Origin: Planctomycetota bacterium
GTDB lineage: Bacteria > Planctomycetota > Phycisphaerae > FEN-1346
Assembly (NCBI GenBank): GCA_016872895.1
Contig: VGYT01000002.1
Span: forward strand, 1-51,469
Reading direction: 5' to 3'
DNA length: 51,469 nt
Positions 1 to 9,557 of the stretch are shown piece after piece; the stretch's first letter is position 1; each line of letters opens with the position of its first letter. The notes under the pieces are model-generated. The model searched no databases and was not told where the DNA came from. It worked only from the letters and a program-made list of their open reading frames with translations. A program made the translations under genes and the position numbers.

Positions 1-974
1 TGCATCTCGGCCCGGCTACGCCGATAAACTATGTACACCTCTTCGGCCCCCAGGCGCAGGGCCGTGCGGGCCGAGTCCATCGCCACGTTTCCGCCGCCCA
101 CCACGGCCACGCGCTTCGACCGCAGGATGGGCGTGTCGGCCCGCGCGCGGTCATACGCGCGCATCAGGTTCGTCCGCGTCAGGTACTCGTTGGCCGAGTA
201 TACCCCCAGCAGGTCCTCGCCGGGAATGTTCAGGAACACGGGCGCGCCCGCCCCTACGCCGATGAACACGGCGTCGAACTCCCCCAGGAGGTCGTCAACC
301 GTGTCGAGTTTGCCTATCACCGCATTCGTGACGATCTTTACGCCGCGCGCCGCCAGCCGGTCCACCTCGTCCTGCACGATCGCCTTCGGCAGGCGAAACT
401 CGGGGATGCCGTACACCAGCACGCCGCCCGTCTTGTGGAACGCCTCGAAGATTGTCACGGCGTAGCCGCGAAGGATGAGTTCCCCCGCGCACGTCAGACC
501 CGCCGGGCCTGACCCGACGACCGCCACGCGCAGGCCCGTCGGCGGCGGAGCGGGCGGCAGCGGGCACGTGCCGCGCTCTCGCTTCCAGTCGGCCACGAAC
601 CGCTCCAGGTTCCCGATGGCCAGCGGGTCGCCCTTTTTCCCCAGGACGCACTTCACCTCGCACTGCGTTTCCTGCGGGCACACCCGGCCGCAGACCGCCG
701 GCAAGGCGTTGACGACAAGTATGCGGTCGGCCGCCTCCTCGAACTTCCCTTCCGCGATAAGCCTGACGAAGCCCGGAATGTCGATGCCCACCGGGCAGCC
801 AGCGATGCACTGCGGCTTCTTGCAGAGGAGACACCGGCGGGCCTCGGCCTGCGCCTCGTCGGGCGTATAGCCGAGCGGCACCTCGTCGAAGTCTGCGCGG
901 CGGACCGCGGCCGGACGCTCGGACATCGCGATGCGCTTGTGCCGGCCGGGCTTCTTCGCTTCGGCGTCAGCCAT
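1..974 (-). CDS. GltD/NfnB-family NAD(P)H-dependent flavin oxidoreductase with an N-terminal Fe-S region (glutamate synthase small-subunit-like / SudA-like). Its 3' end is cut by the window edge.
   Basis: Absent from the ORF track because it runs off the left edge. My hand translation of the reverse strand from ATG 974 gives MADAEAKKPGRHKRIAMSERPAAVRRADFDEVPLGY...RRCLLCKKPQCIAGCPVGIDIPGF...CGRVCPQETQCE...RVAVVGSGPAGLTCAGEL...VAVVGGGNVAMDSARTA. These are Cys clusters plus two Rossmann motifs. It lies directly downstream of its usual PyrK-like partner. Confidence 0.8.
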   Translation of the reverse strand, partial: MADAEAKKPGRHKRIAMSERPAAVRRADFDEVPLGYTPDEAQAEARRCLLCKKPQCIAGCPVGIDIPGFVRLIAEGKFEEAADRILVVNALPAVCGRVCPQETQCEVKCVLGKKGDPLAIGNLERFVADWKRERGTCPLPPAPPPTGLRVAVVGSGPAGLTCAGELILRGYAVTIFEAFHKTGGVLVYGIPEFRLPKAIVQDEVDRLAARGVKIVTNAVIGKLDTVDDLLGEFDAVFIGVGAGAPVFLNIPGEDLLGVYSANEYLTRTNLMRAYDRARADTPILRSKRVAVVGGGNVAMDSARTALRLGAEEVYIVYRRSRAEM

Positions 975-1075
975 CGAGTATCGCGGCCCCCCCCGCAAGC
1001 GCGCTCGCCTTCGGCTCGCGGCTATGGCGCGCATACGCTGGCACTGCCACCCTTGCGCTTTTCACCCTGCACTGC

Positions 1076-1912
1076 TCACTTTCTATTCAGCCCAATCCGA
1101 CACGCCTCGTGGTCGCGGCGTTCGCGGTCGCGGTACGTGCCGAGCCTCCGGGCCAGCGAATCGAAGTCCACCTGGTCGCCGGGGAACTCCGGCCCGTCGA
1201 CGCACGCGAACTTCACCTGGCCGCCCACGATAACGCGGCATCCGCCGCACATCCCCGTGCCGTCCACCATGATGGGGTTAAGGCTCACGAGCGTCGGGAT
1301 GCCAGCGGCCGAGGCGCCCGCGGTGGCGGCCCGCATCATCGGCACAGGGCCGATGGCCCAGGCCCGGTCGAACTTCCGTCCTTCGGCCAGCAGGTCGGCG
1401 ATGGCATCGGTGACGAAGCCCTTGCGGCCATACGTGCCGTCGTCGGTGGCCACGCGGACCTCGTCGGCCACGGCGCAGAACTCGTTCTCCAGGATGAGGA
1501 GGTTCTTCGACCGCGCCCCCAGCACAGCCACAACCACGTTCCCAGCGGCCTTGAGGGCCTTGGCGATGGGGTACAGCGGCGCGACGCCGATCCCGCCGCC
1601 GACACACAGCACGCAGCCGTAGCGCTCAATCTCCGTCGGCAGGCCGAGCGGCCCCACGAGGTCCAGGATGGCCTCGCCCCGGTCCATCCCGGCCAGCAGC
1701 GCGGTGGACTTGCCCACGACCTGGAAGATCAGGTCGATGGTGCCGCCGCCGGGGTCGCAGTCGGCGATGGTCAAGGGAAACCGCTCGCCGTCCTCGCGGA
1801 CGCGGAGGATGACGAACTGCCCGGCCTTCGCCTTGCGGGCAATCTTCGCCGCCGACACGCGCAGGCGCACCACGTCGGGCCCCAGGTCTTCCCTCAACAA
1901 AATCCCGTTCAT
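1076..1912 (-). CDS. NfnA/SudB-like ferredoxin-NADP(+) reductase subunit (PyrK-like FAD/NAD-binding fold with a C-terminal 2Fe-2S Cys cluster)
   Basis: ORF 1076..1942. Motifs GQFVILRV, CVGGGIGVAPLYPIA and C-terminal GTGMCGGCRV. I moved the start to ATG 1912 (MNGILL, GAGGGG just upstream) because the GTG at 1942 sits at the predicted transcription start of the promoter at 1946..1974. Confidence 0.8.
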   Translation of the reverse strand: MNGILLREDLGPDVVRLRVSAAKIARKAKAGQFVILRVREDGERFPLTIADCDPGGGTIDLIFQVVGKSTALLAGMDRGEAILDLVGPLGLPTEIERYGCVLCVGGGIGVAPLYPIAKALKAAGNVVVAVLGARSKNLLILENEFCAVADEVRVATDDGTYGRKGFVTDAIADLLAEGRKFDRAWAIGPVPMMRAATAGASAAGIPTLVSLNPIMVDGTGMCGGCRVIVGGQVKFACVDGPEFPGDQVDFDSLARRLGTYRDRERRDHEACRIGLNRK

Positions 1913-1945
1913 CTGCCCCTCATGATAACAGGCGCGGAGCACAGA

Positions 1946-1974
1946 AGTTTAGTCTGCCCGCCTCCGCTGGTCAA
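1946..1974 (-). promoter_or_regulatory. sigma70-like promoter for the nfnA-like/nfnB-like pair
   Basis: Reverse strand reads TTGACC-17 nt-TAAACT. Confidence 0.4.
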
Positions 1975-2174
1975 CAAATCCCTGGCAAAAACCCACGAGA
2001 CCGTAGGATTCGCATCCCGCAGCATGCGTAAGGCCGAGTTGCATGGCGACGGGCGGCCCTCTGATTCCGGGCCGGCCCGGCGGTTGCTGCGACCGTGAGT
2101 CGGTTGTAGAACAGCGCTCCCGCATACCAGGCAGTTCCTTCCGCCTTTTAGCGGCAGCCTGCTGCCGTATATGA

Positions 2175-3632
<1,458 letters not shown>

Positions 3633-3675
3633 CGCTTGCATCGCGGCCAAGGAAACGCGATTATAAAAGGTCGCC

Positions 3676-4656
3676 ATGGCCAACCCCGACAGCCAGCGCA
3701 AAGTCACGGCCATCCTGCGCGTTCTGGAAGAGGCAGGCCGGCCCCTGGGCAGCACGAAGATCGCCCGGGGCCTCCGCCTGGCGGGCATCGACCTTGAACA
3801 GCGCATGGTCCGCAACTACCTCGACGCAATGGACACGGCCGGCCTCACGGTCAACCTCGGCCGCCGCGGGCGGCAACTGACGGAGCGCGGCCGGCGGGAA
3901 CTCGCCGCCAGCCTCATTATCGACAAGGTCGGCTTCATCGACGCCCGCGCCGACGAACTCGCCTACAACATGACGCTGGACCTCTCCCGGCACACAGGCA
4001 CGGTCATCCTGAACGTCTCGACCGTCCCGGCGGCGTATCTGGACGACGCCCGCCGGGTGATGGCCTCGGTCATCCTGGCGCGGCTCGGCATGGGCCGCTT
4101 CGGCATCATCACGCAGACGGGCGAGGGAGTGCCCGGCCTGGCGATCACCTCGGGCGAAGCCGTCATCGGCACAGTGTGCAGCATAACGCTGAACGGTTTG
4201 CTGCGCGCGGCAAGCATACCGATGATCTCGCGGTTCGGCGGCCTCCTGGAAATCCGCGACGGAGAGCCGCGGCGCTTTACGCACATCATTCAGTATTCCG
4301 GCACAACGCTGGACCCCATCGAAATCTTCATCAAGGCCGGCATGGCCAGCGTCCTGGAGGCCTCGCGCACCGGCAACGGCCTCATCGGGGCCAGTTTCCG
4401 CGAGGTCCCCGCGGTCGCCCTGCCGCACGTGCGCAAGGTCATCCAGCACATGGATGAGGCGGGCCTGTGCAGCCTGGCGCTGGTGGGTGAACCCAGCCGC
4501 CCGCTCGTCGAGATTCCCGTTGATCACGGCCGCGCTGGAATAGTCGTAGCCGCGGGCCTGAACCCCCTGGCGGCCGTCCAGGAGGCTGGCATCCCCACCA
4601 CGAATCGGGCCCTGGCCCGCCTGGCCGAGTTTGCCAGCCTGGTGTCGCTGGTGTAG
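3676..4656 (+). CDS. nrpR: NrpR-like nitrogen regulatory repressor (winged-helix HTH plus one DUF128/NrpR regulatory domain)
   Basis: 326 aa. The N-terminus MANPDSQRKVTAILRVLEEAGRPLGSTKIARGLRLAGIDLEQRMVRNYLDAMDTAGLTVNLGRRGRQLTERGRREL, followed by VGFIDARADELAYNMTLD...GTVILNVS, matches my recall of the archaeal NrpR pattern. A possible own promoter is TTGCAT(3636)-17 nt-GATTAT(3659). Confidence 0.75.
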   Translation: MANPDSQRKVTAILRVLEEAGRPLGSTKIARGLRLAGIDLEQRMVRNYLDAMDTAGLTVNLGRRGRQLTERGRRELAASLIIDKVGFIDARADELAYNMTLDLSRHTGTVILNVSTVPAAYLDDARRVMASVILARLGMGRFGIITQTGEGVPGLAITSGEAVIGTVCSITLNGLLRAASIPMISRFGGLLEIRDGEPRRFTHIIQYSGTTLDPIEIFIKAGMASVLEASRTGNGLIGASFREVPAVALPHVRKVIQHMDEAGLCSLALVGEPSRPLVEIPVDHGRAGIVVAAGLNPLAAVQEAGIPTTNRALARLAEFASLVSLV

Positions 4657-4712
4657 TCCTGCCCGAATGTCATTTCCGCCATGGTTCGGTTCCGGGTAAG
4701 CCCCGACAGATA

Positions 4713-4786
4713 TGGCACGGCCGGCCTGCCCGGCCGTGGCGGAGGGCCGCCGCTGTTTCCCACGGCCGGGCAGGCCGGCCGTGCCA
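4713..4786. repeat. Perfect 27-bp inverted repeat (REP-like palindromic pair / strong hairpin) 57 nt after the nrpR stop
   Basis: 4713-4739 TGGCACGGCCGGCCTGCCCGGCCGTGG is the exact reverse complement of 4760-4786, with a 20-nt loop. Each arm is itself nearly palindromic. A solo half TGGCACGGCCGGC recurs at 6672-6684. Confidence 0.9.
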
Positions 4787-5295
4787 CAGCCGTCCGATGC
4801 TTCAAGCCGCCGTTGAACCGTGCCGTTTTCCGCAAGGTTTTCGGGTGCGCGCTGCACGTTTCCGGCACGGCGGGCGCGTCGCGGGCTTGCGCAAGTCGTG
4901 CAAATGCACAGGGTTGCGCGGGGGTGAGGCAACTCCGCCCGGGTTTACTTGACGCCCGCGGCCGCATCGGTAGGTTTGAAGCGGGTGATGCAGCGAACCC
5001 GTGGCGGCTGTGGCCGCCTGGCCGGGGGCCGGGGTTGCGACGACCAAGGGGCGCGCGCCGCAATCCTTCCGCCCCCGGCTGACAATTGAGCACCACGGGC
5101 CGCTCGATCGACTGGACTCCGGTGGCCTTCAGAAGTTCCCGGGACTCCGGTTGAGCGGCCCGACTTCACCGAGGCAAAGCCCCGCTACGCCGGGGCGAAG
5201 CCCGGCGACGCCAACGCGGCCGGCGCACTGTCGGCCGTCCTGCGTGCAACGCCGGCCCACTCCGGGCCTGGCGGCGCATTTCGTTTCCCCCCGAC

Positions 5296-5323
5296 TTGCA
5301 TTCCCGACCGTTTGACGTATACT
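5296..5323 (+). promoter_or_regulatory. sigma70-like promoter for the PEP-CTERM gene
   Basis: TTGCAT-16 nt-TATACT, about 140 nt upstream of ATG 5465. Confidence 0.35.
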
Positions 5324-5464
5324 CCCAATGGCAGGATCTACTATTCTGCCGATGCACCCGGGGAAGTGGCAGGAACAAGCAGTCGTGCGATAGACCGGAT
5401 ACGGTCTGTCCGGACCGCTACGAGTGGTATGTGCCGTCTGCGCATACCCGTGCGGAGGTAGGCG

Positions 5465-6568
5465 ATGCCGAATCGCAAGACGAGAGTCCGCGGCCTTGCT
5501 GCGGCCGCGATATGCCTGGTGATTGCCTCGTCCAGCGGGTGGGCGGCCCCCTATGCGGGGATGTTCTCGGCCACCACGCTCGATCTGCCTGCTGGCAGCC
5601 TTGCCGAACCGTCGGCCAAGGAGGCCGCAAGCCTGTACCTAACCTCTCCCGCCCCCGTTGCGGACGCCGGCATGGCCCTCGCAGTGGCTGCGGACGCCGC
5701 CGTTGCGGATAACCGCAGGACCCCCAAAACGCTTGTGCTGCATGCGCCGGACGACCCTGCGCCGATCGCGCGGCTGGCATCCTACACGTTCACCGACGTG
5801 CATGGCCTGGTGGGGTCCGACTTGGATGAGCGTTCTGTGCCGCTGGGCAGCACGGCGATGATGAGTCTGAACCCCGGTGGGTTCGGCCGCGTCATGACCG
5901 GCCGCCCCCTGGGCCGCATGGGCTCCTGGGCGGAAGCGGCCGAGACGAGCATCAGTTACATCCGGCCGCACGTCAACGCCCAGATGATCGTGGCGCTTGA
6001 GATTCCGGGTACCAGCCGCCCGACCGATTTCGAGGGCCTCGGCCTTCAGCCGCGCGCCTACCTGGACGTGGAGCACTTCTCGCGTCTTGAAGCGGCGGAC
6101 ATCGGCGGCACGACTGACCGCTTCGGCCGGCGCGTGGCCCCGCCGCCCGTCGATGAGCCGCAGACAGCCTTGGCCGTGGGCCTGGACCTGGGCATCCTGC
6201 CGACGTTCCTTTCGCAGATGGGCCTGAGCCTGTCGCTGGTGGCGTCGCGCGGGCAACAGACGGGCGACACGCGCGTCGCACTGGTCGGGACGACGGAACT
6301 GCCGGTTGACTGGCGTCCGCGCGAACGGCCCATCCAGCATCCGACCGGCCTGGCCGTGGCCCCGATCGAGAGTTACTCTGGCCAGGCAGCGCCGTACTAC
6401 GGAGGCGGCGGTGGCGGCGGCGGCGGCGCGCCGGGCAACGGCGGCGGCGGGGGCGGCGGCCCGACGCCCATCACGCCGACGCCGCCGATTCCCGAGCCTG
6501 CCACGCTCGTCCTTCTCGGCAGCGCGGTCGCGGCCGCCCTGGCGGGCCGGCGGTTCCGCCGCCGCTGA
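5465..6568 (+). CDS. PEP-CTERM sorting-domain secreted protein
   Basis: 367 aa with an N-terminal signal peptide (LAAAAICLVIASSSGWA), a Gly-run linker, and a C-terminal PEPATLVLLGSAVAAALAGRRFRRR (PEP motif, TM helix, Arg cluster). Confidence 0.85.
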   Translation: MPNRKTRVRGLAAAAICLVIASSSGWAAPYAGMFSATTLDLPAGSLAEPSAKEAASLYLTSPAPVADAGMALAVAADAAVADNRRTPKTLVLHAPDDPAPIARLASYTFTDVHGLVGSDLDERSVPLGSTAMMSLNPGGFGRVMTGRPLGRMGSWAEAAETSISYIRPHVNAQMIVALEIPGTSRPTDFEGLGLQPRAYLDVEHFSRLEAADIGGTTDRFGRRVAPPPVDEPQTALAVGLDLGILPTFLSQMGLSLSLVASRGQQTGDTRVALVGTTELPVDWRPRERPIQHPTGLAVAPIESYSGQAAPYYGGGGGGGGGAPGNGGGGGGGPTPITPTPPIPEPATLVLLGSAVAAALAGRRFRRR

Positions 6569-7015
6569 ACGGCTCACGCGACTTGCCATCTCCTGCCTTC
6601 AGCCCGGCATCGCCTGCCAGAGCCGCGCCCGGGTAAGGGCTCACTTCCGGGTCGAAACCGCATCCGCAGTGTGGCACGGCCGGCGCAGAAAATGTTTCCC
6701 GTCCGCCGCGGCTTTGCTACAATGACAAGTGCAGGGTCCGGGACCGGCGCACCGGCATGAACGTGCGGCAAGACGTTGCGGAAGCCTGTAAATCGGGCCC
6801 CACTCGCAACGTCTTTCGACGCACAAGTGAGGCCCTTGCGCTGGGATGGGCCGATTCACACGACGCCGGCAAGGCAACTTAAACCATAAGCCGGCCTTGT
6901 CAAGGGAAAAGAAGCGAAAATCTGCGCGTCGAACCCGGGAAGACCCGTGGCGTGCGGCCGGGGCTGCCAATAACCGCACCCGGCCGGAGGCATCACCAGG
7001 GAAAGGAGAGACGGC

Positions 7016-8128
7016 ATGGCCAGGCTTTGGGGCGGCGGGCAATGGGGCAAGGAACTTCCGCGGCCGCAGTGGACGGTCGCACTGCTCTGGGTGCTGGGCG
7101 TGCTGCTGTGGGTCGTCAGCGCCGCGAGCGTAGTCGTCTCGGCGCTGCTGGTTCCGCAGGATGCGGCCCCGCAGTTCTGGATTAACCACGCGGCGGCGCT
7201 CTTCACGGCGCTGGTGACCGGGGCAATGGCCATCGGGCTGGCGCTGGTGGTCAAGTACACGTTCAGCGCCGCCGTGAGCGCAAAACTCATGGAGCGGCTG
7301 CTGCGCGACGCCATCCACAAACGGGCCGAGGGCGAACCGTCGGCCTCGACCCTCGGCGCAGCATCGCACGAGGAAGTCGTCAGCCTGCTGTCGGAGATCA
7401 TGGAGAACACGCTTCTCGATGACTCGGAGAAGGCCACCAAGCGGGAACTCGCCAAGAAGCACCGCCAGCAGGCCATGCGGCGCGAGGTCGAGGCCTTCAT
7501 CAAAGCCGGCAAGTACCGCGACGCCCGCGAGCGCCTGGAGGAGTTCCGCCTGCGCTATCCCGAGAGCGCCGCCGCCGCGCAGATGGAGGCGCAACTGTCG
7601 GAAGCCCTCCGCCAGCACGAGCATTCCGAGATCGCCAACGTCACCGAGCAGGTCCAGCGATACATGGGCCTCGGCCTGTGGGAACGCGCCATGGAACTCG
7701 CAAAGGGCCTCGCCGAGCAGTTCCCCGAGAATCCCGATGCCGCGCACCTGCCGGAAACCGTCCAGATCGAGCAGGCCGCAAGCCGCCGCCAGGAACAGCA
7801 GCGCCTCTTCCGCGAGGTGGAGCACCTGGTGGCCCGCAAGCACTGGCGCCAGGCCCTGCGCGACGCCGAGACGCTCCTGGAGAACCATCCCGACAGCCCG
7901 GAGGCGCAGAGCCTTCGCGGCCAGATCGAGGACCTCCGGCGCAACGCCGCCATCGAGGAACGCAAGGAGTGGGAAGCACGCATCGCCGAGCACGTCCAGA
8001 CCGGACGCCACCGCGAGGCCTACGCCCTGGCCATGGACCTGGTGGAGAAGTACCCCGACTCGCCCCAGGCCGATGACATCCGCCGCAACCTCGAACAACT
8101 CAAGGCGCGGGCAGGCATCGCCCGGTGA
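7016..8128 (+). CDS. Membrane-anchored protein with a helical-repeat (TPR-like) C-terminal region; function unknown
   Basis: 370 aa. Two to three hydrophobic helices at the N-terminus, then a non-biased charged helical region with repeats ending in YPES/FPENP/HPDSP/YPDSP. GGAGAG lies upstream of ATG 7016. The 646-aa ORF opposite it is an Arg/Gly-rich shadow. Confidence 0.75.
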   Translation: MARLWGGGQWGKELPRPQWTVALLWVLGVLLWVVSAASVVVSALLVPQDAAPQFWINHAAALFTALVTGAMAIGLALVVKYTFSAAVSAKLMERLLRDAIHKRAEGEPSASTLGAASHEEVVSLLSEIMENTLLDDSEKATKRELAKKHRQQAMRREVEAFIKAGKYRDARERLEEFRLRYPESAAAAQMEAQLSEALRQHEHSEIANVTEQVQRYMGLGLWERAMELAKGLAEQFPENPDAAHLPETVQIEQAASRRQEQQRLFREVEHLVARKHWRQALRDAETLLENHPDSPEAQSLRGQIEDLRRNAAIEERKEWEARIAEHVQTGRHREAYALAMDLVEKYPDSPQADDIRRNLEQLKARAGIAR

Positions 8129-8193
8129 CCCGACAGGCCGTTGCGACTGCCGGTTGCCTGATGGCGGGCGCCCCCTTTGCCCCAAGTGCAAAT

Positions 8194-8202
8194 TGTGGAT
8201 AA
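8194..8202 (-). promoter_or_regulatory. Perfect DnaA box (TTATCCACA on the minus strand)
   Basis: The plus strand reads TGTGGATAA. It is embedded in the 15-mer TTGTGGATAACTTTT (8193-8207), which repeats exactly at 8437-8451. Confidence 0.6.
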
Positions 8203-8385
8203 CTTTTTGACCCGCCCCGGCGCCCCCCCAAAGCGGCCTTTTTGACCCCTTCCGGGGGACCCAAACGGCCCTGGCGCTAGCGCCAGAGGGGGCGCGCGGG
8301 CAAAATGTTAAGATAGGCAAGGCAAAATCGCGCGCTTTTTGCACGTTCTTGATCGATTTTGACCGAAATCGCGCTCCGTTTGCGC

Positions 8386-8405
8386 GTTTTTGACCGTTTT
8401 TGACC
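8386..8405. repeat. Exact tandem 10-mer GTTTTTGACC x2, part of a set of five TTTTGACC repeats
   Basis: GTTTTTGACC occurs at 8386-8395 and 8396-8405. Related copies are TTTTTGACCC (8204-8213), TTTTTGACCCC (8239-8249) and TTTTGACC (8357-8364). A 16-nt palindrome CTGGCGCTAGCGCCAG lies at 8271-8286. Confidence 0.85.
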
Positions 8406-8437
8406 GCCCTTCGCATCAATGCATGTCCATGTGCCGT

Positions 8438-8446
8438 TGTGGATAA
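8438..8446 (-). promoter_or_regulatory. Perfect DnaA box (second copy)
   Basis: The plus strand reads TGTGGATAA. It is followed by a GC-rich segment CGGCCCCGCCGAGAG and then the AT-rich ATATACTATAGTGTAT. Confidence 0.6.
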
Positions 8447-8630
8447 CTTTTCGGCCCCGCCGAGAGATATACTATAGTGTATGGGGGGATGCGGAAGATG
8501 GGCAAGAGAAGCAAAGACAGCGCAGAACTCGGAGCCCGGAACGCGGAGCGACAACGGCCAAACGACAACCGCAAACAGCAACGGCGGGCGGCGGTTTGGT
8601 CACCCCCCCCCCCGTCCTGGCCGCCCGCGG

Positions 8631-9350
8631 CTACCGCTTCGGCTTCTCGACTTTCGTCAGAAGGAACCCGCCGTCCTTGAGCAGGCCGACGCCGGGGGCG
8701 TACAGTTTGTCCTCGGAGCCGCCTTCCATCGCGCTGGATTCGCGCGTGCGCAGGCAGTCCTTGAATGCGCCGGCCGGCACCTTGTATTCCTCTGTGACGC
8801 TGACGACTTCCGCGCGGTCCATCGCCACGCCGGGGGCCAGTTCCTGGTAGTACCGGTCGCCGACCTTCGGCTTGCCCGGCATCAACAGGCCGAACCTGGC
8901 GCCGTTTGCGCCCGCAAGCCAGACGCCCCCGTGGCCGGCGACCTTGCCGTCGTTGTCGTAGTCGTCAACGTCTTCGCCGAAGTAGTAGACGTCGCCGGTC
9001 ATCTTGTCTATGGCGAAGTAGTTGCGGGAGACCTCGGCCAGCCGGCCGCCCTTGGTCTCGCGTTCCTCGACCACGCGCGTCTTGACCCCGTCAACGACTT
9101 TCGTATCGTCAAGCACCGTGATGACCAGCGTGTCTTTGCCGTGCTCAAGGACGAGGCGGTAACCGGGTTCGAGGATGAAATAGGGGTTCCTGCCCGTGTC
9201 CGCCAGGTTGGCCTTGTCCACGGGGAAGGAATCCCGCCACTTGGCCGTGGCGGCGTCGCGCTTTGCCGTTTCCCCGGCACAGCCGGCTGACACTGCCAGG
9301 AGCGGCACGACCAGCGAAACCAGGAGCAACATCCGGCGTAGGTGCGACAT
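8631..9350 (-). CDS. Lipoprotein of unknown function
   Basis: ORF 8631..9356, whose first codon is TTG. ATG 9350 gives MSHLRRMLLLVSLVVPLLAVSAGC (lipobox), with AAGGAGG 7 nt upstream. Composition is ordinary and globular. Confidence 0.8.
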   Translation of the reverse strand: MSHLRRMLLLVSLVVPLLAVSAGCAGETAKRDAATAKWRDSFPVDKANLADTGRNPYFILEPGYRLVLEHGKDTLVITVLDDTKVVDGVKTRVVEERETKGGRLAEVSRNYFAIDKMTGDVYYFGEDVDDYDNDGKVAGHGGVWLAGANGARFGLLMPGKPKVGDRYYQELAPGVAMDRAEVVSVTEEYKVPAGAFKDCLRTRESSAMEGGSEDKLYAPGVGLLKDGGFLLTKVEKPKR

Positions 9351-9557
9351 GGCCAAGCCTCCTTTCGAGTGACCGCGCGCCTGAGGCGCATCCGGTCCGT
9401 CCTGCGAAGGTTCGAGGCGGCGGCGCGCCCGCGCATCGGCGGCCTCGCCACACTACGGACCGACGGATGAGAGAACGGTGAGAAGAACGAAGCCCGCCCC
9501 AGGCAACCATAGCACGCGGCCACCCACGCTTTCGCCCGCCCCGGGCGGGGCACCTGC

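Noticed and set aside
4681-5082. 133-aa plus-strand ORF (and overlapping ORFs 4524..5096 and 4802..5047)
   Set aside because: It reads straight through both arms of the 27-bp REP hairpin, is Arg/Gly/Pro-rich, and has no RBS. I treat the region as non-coding.
6641-8581. 646-aa ORF on the minus strand, the longest ORF in this area
   Set aside because: Extremely Arg/Gly/Ala/Pro-rich with no recognisable motifs. It is antisense to the well-behaved 7016..8128 gene and runs across the non-coding DnaA-box spacer. This is a typical high-GC shadow ORF.
8603-8613. C11 homopolymer just downstream of the lipoprotein stop codon (also a C8 run at 987-994)
   Set aside because: It could be a slippage-prone tract. 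However, it is outside any CDS or promoter, and a naive composition estimate suggests such a run is not very improbable here. I see no evidence for phase variation.
8477-8680. 67-aa ORF, and a 65-nt T-free purine/C-rich run (8530-8594), inside the DnaA-box spacer
   Set aside because: The peptide is Arg/Lys/Gln-rich low complexity and runs into the antisense of the lipoprotein gene. By my rough base-composition estimate, a T-free run of this length is not clearly beyond chance in a genome this GC-rich.
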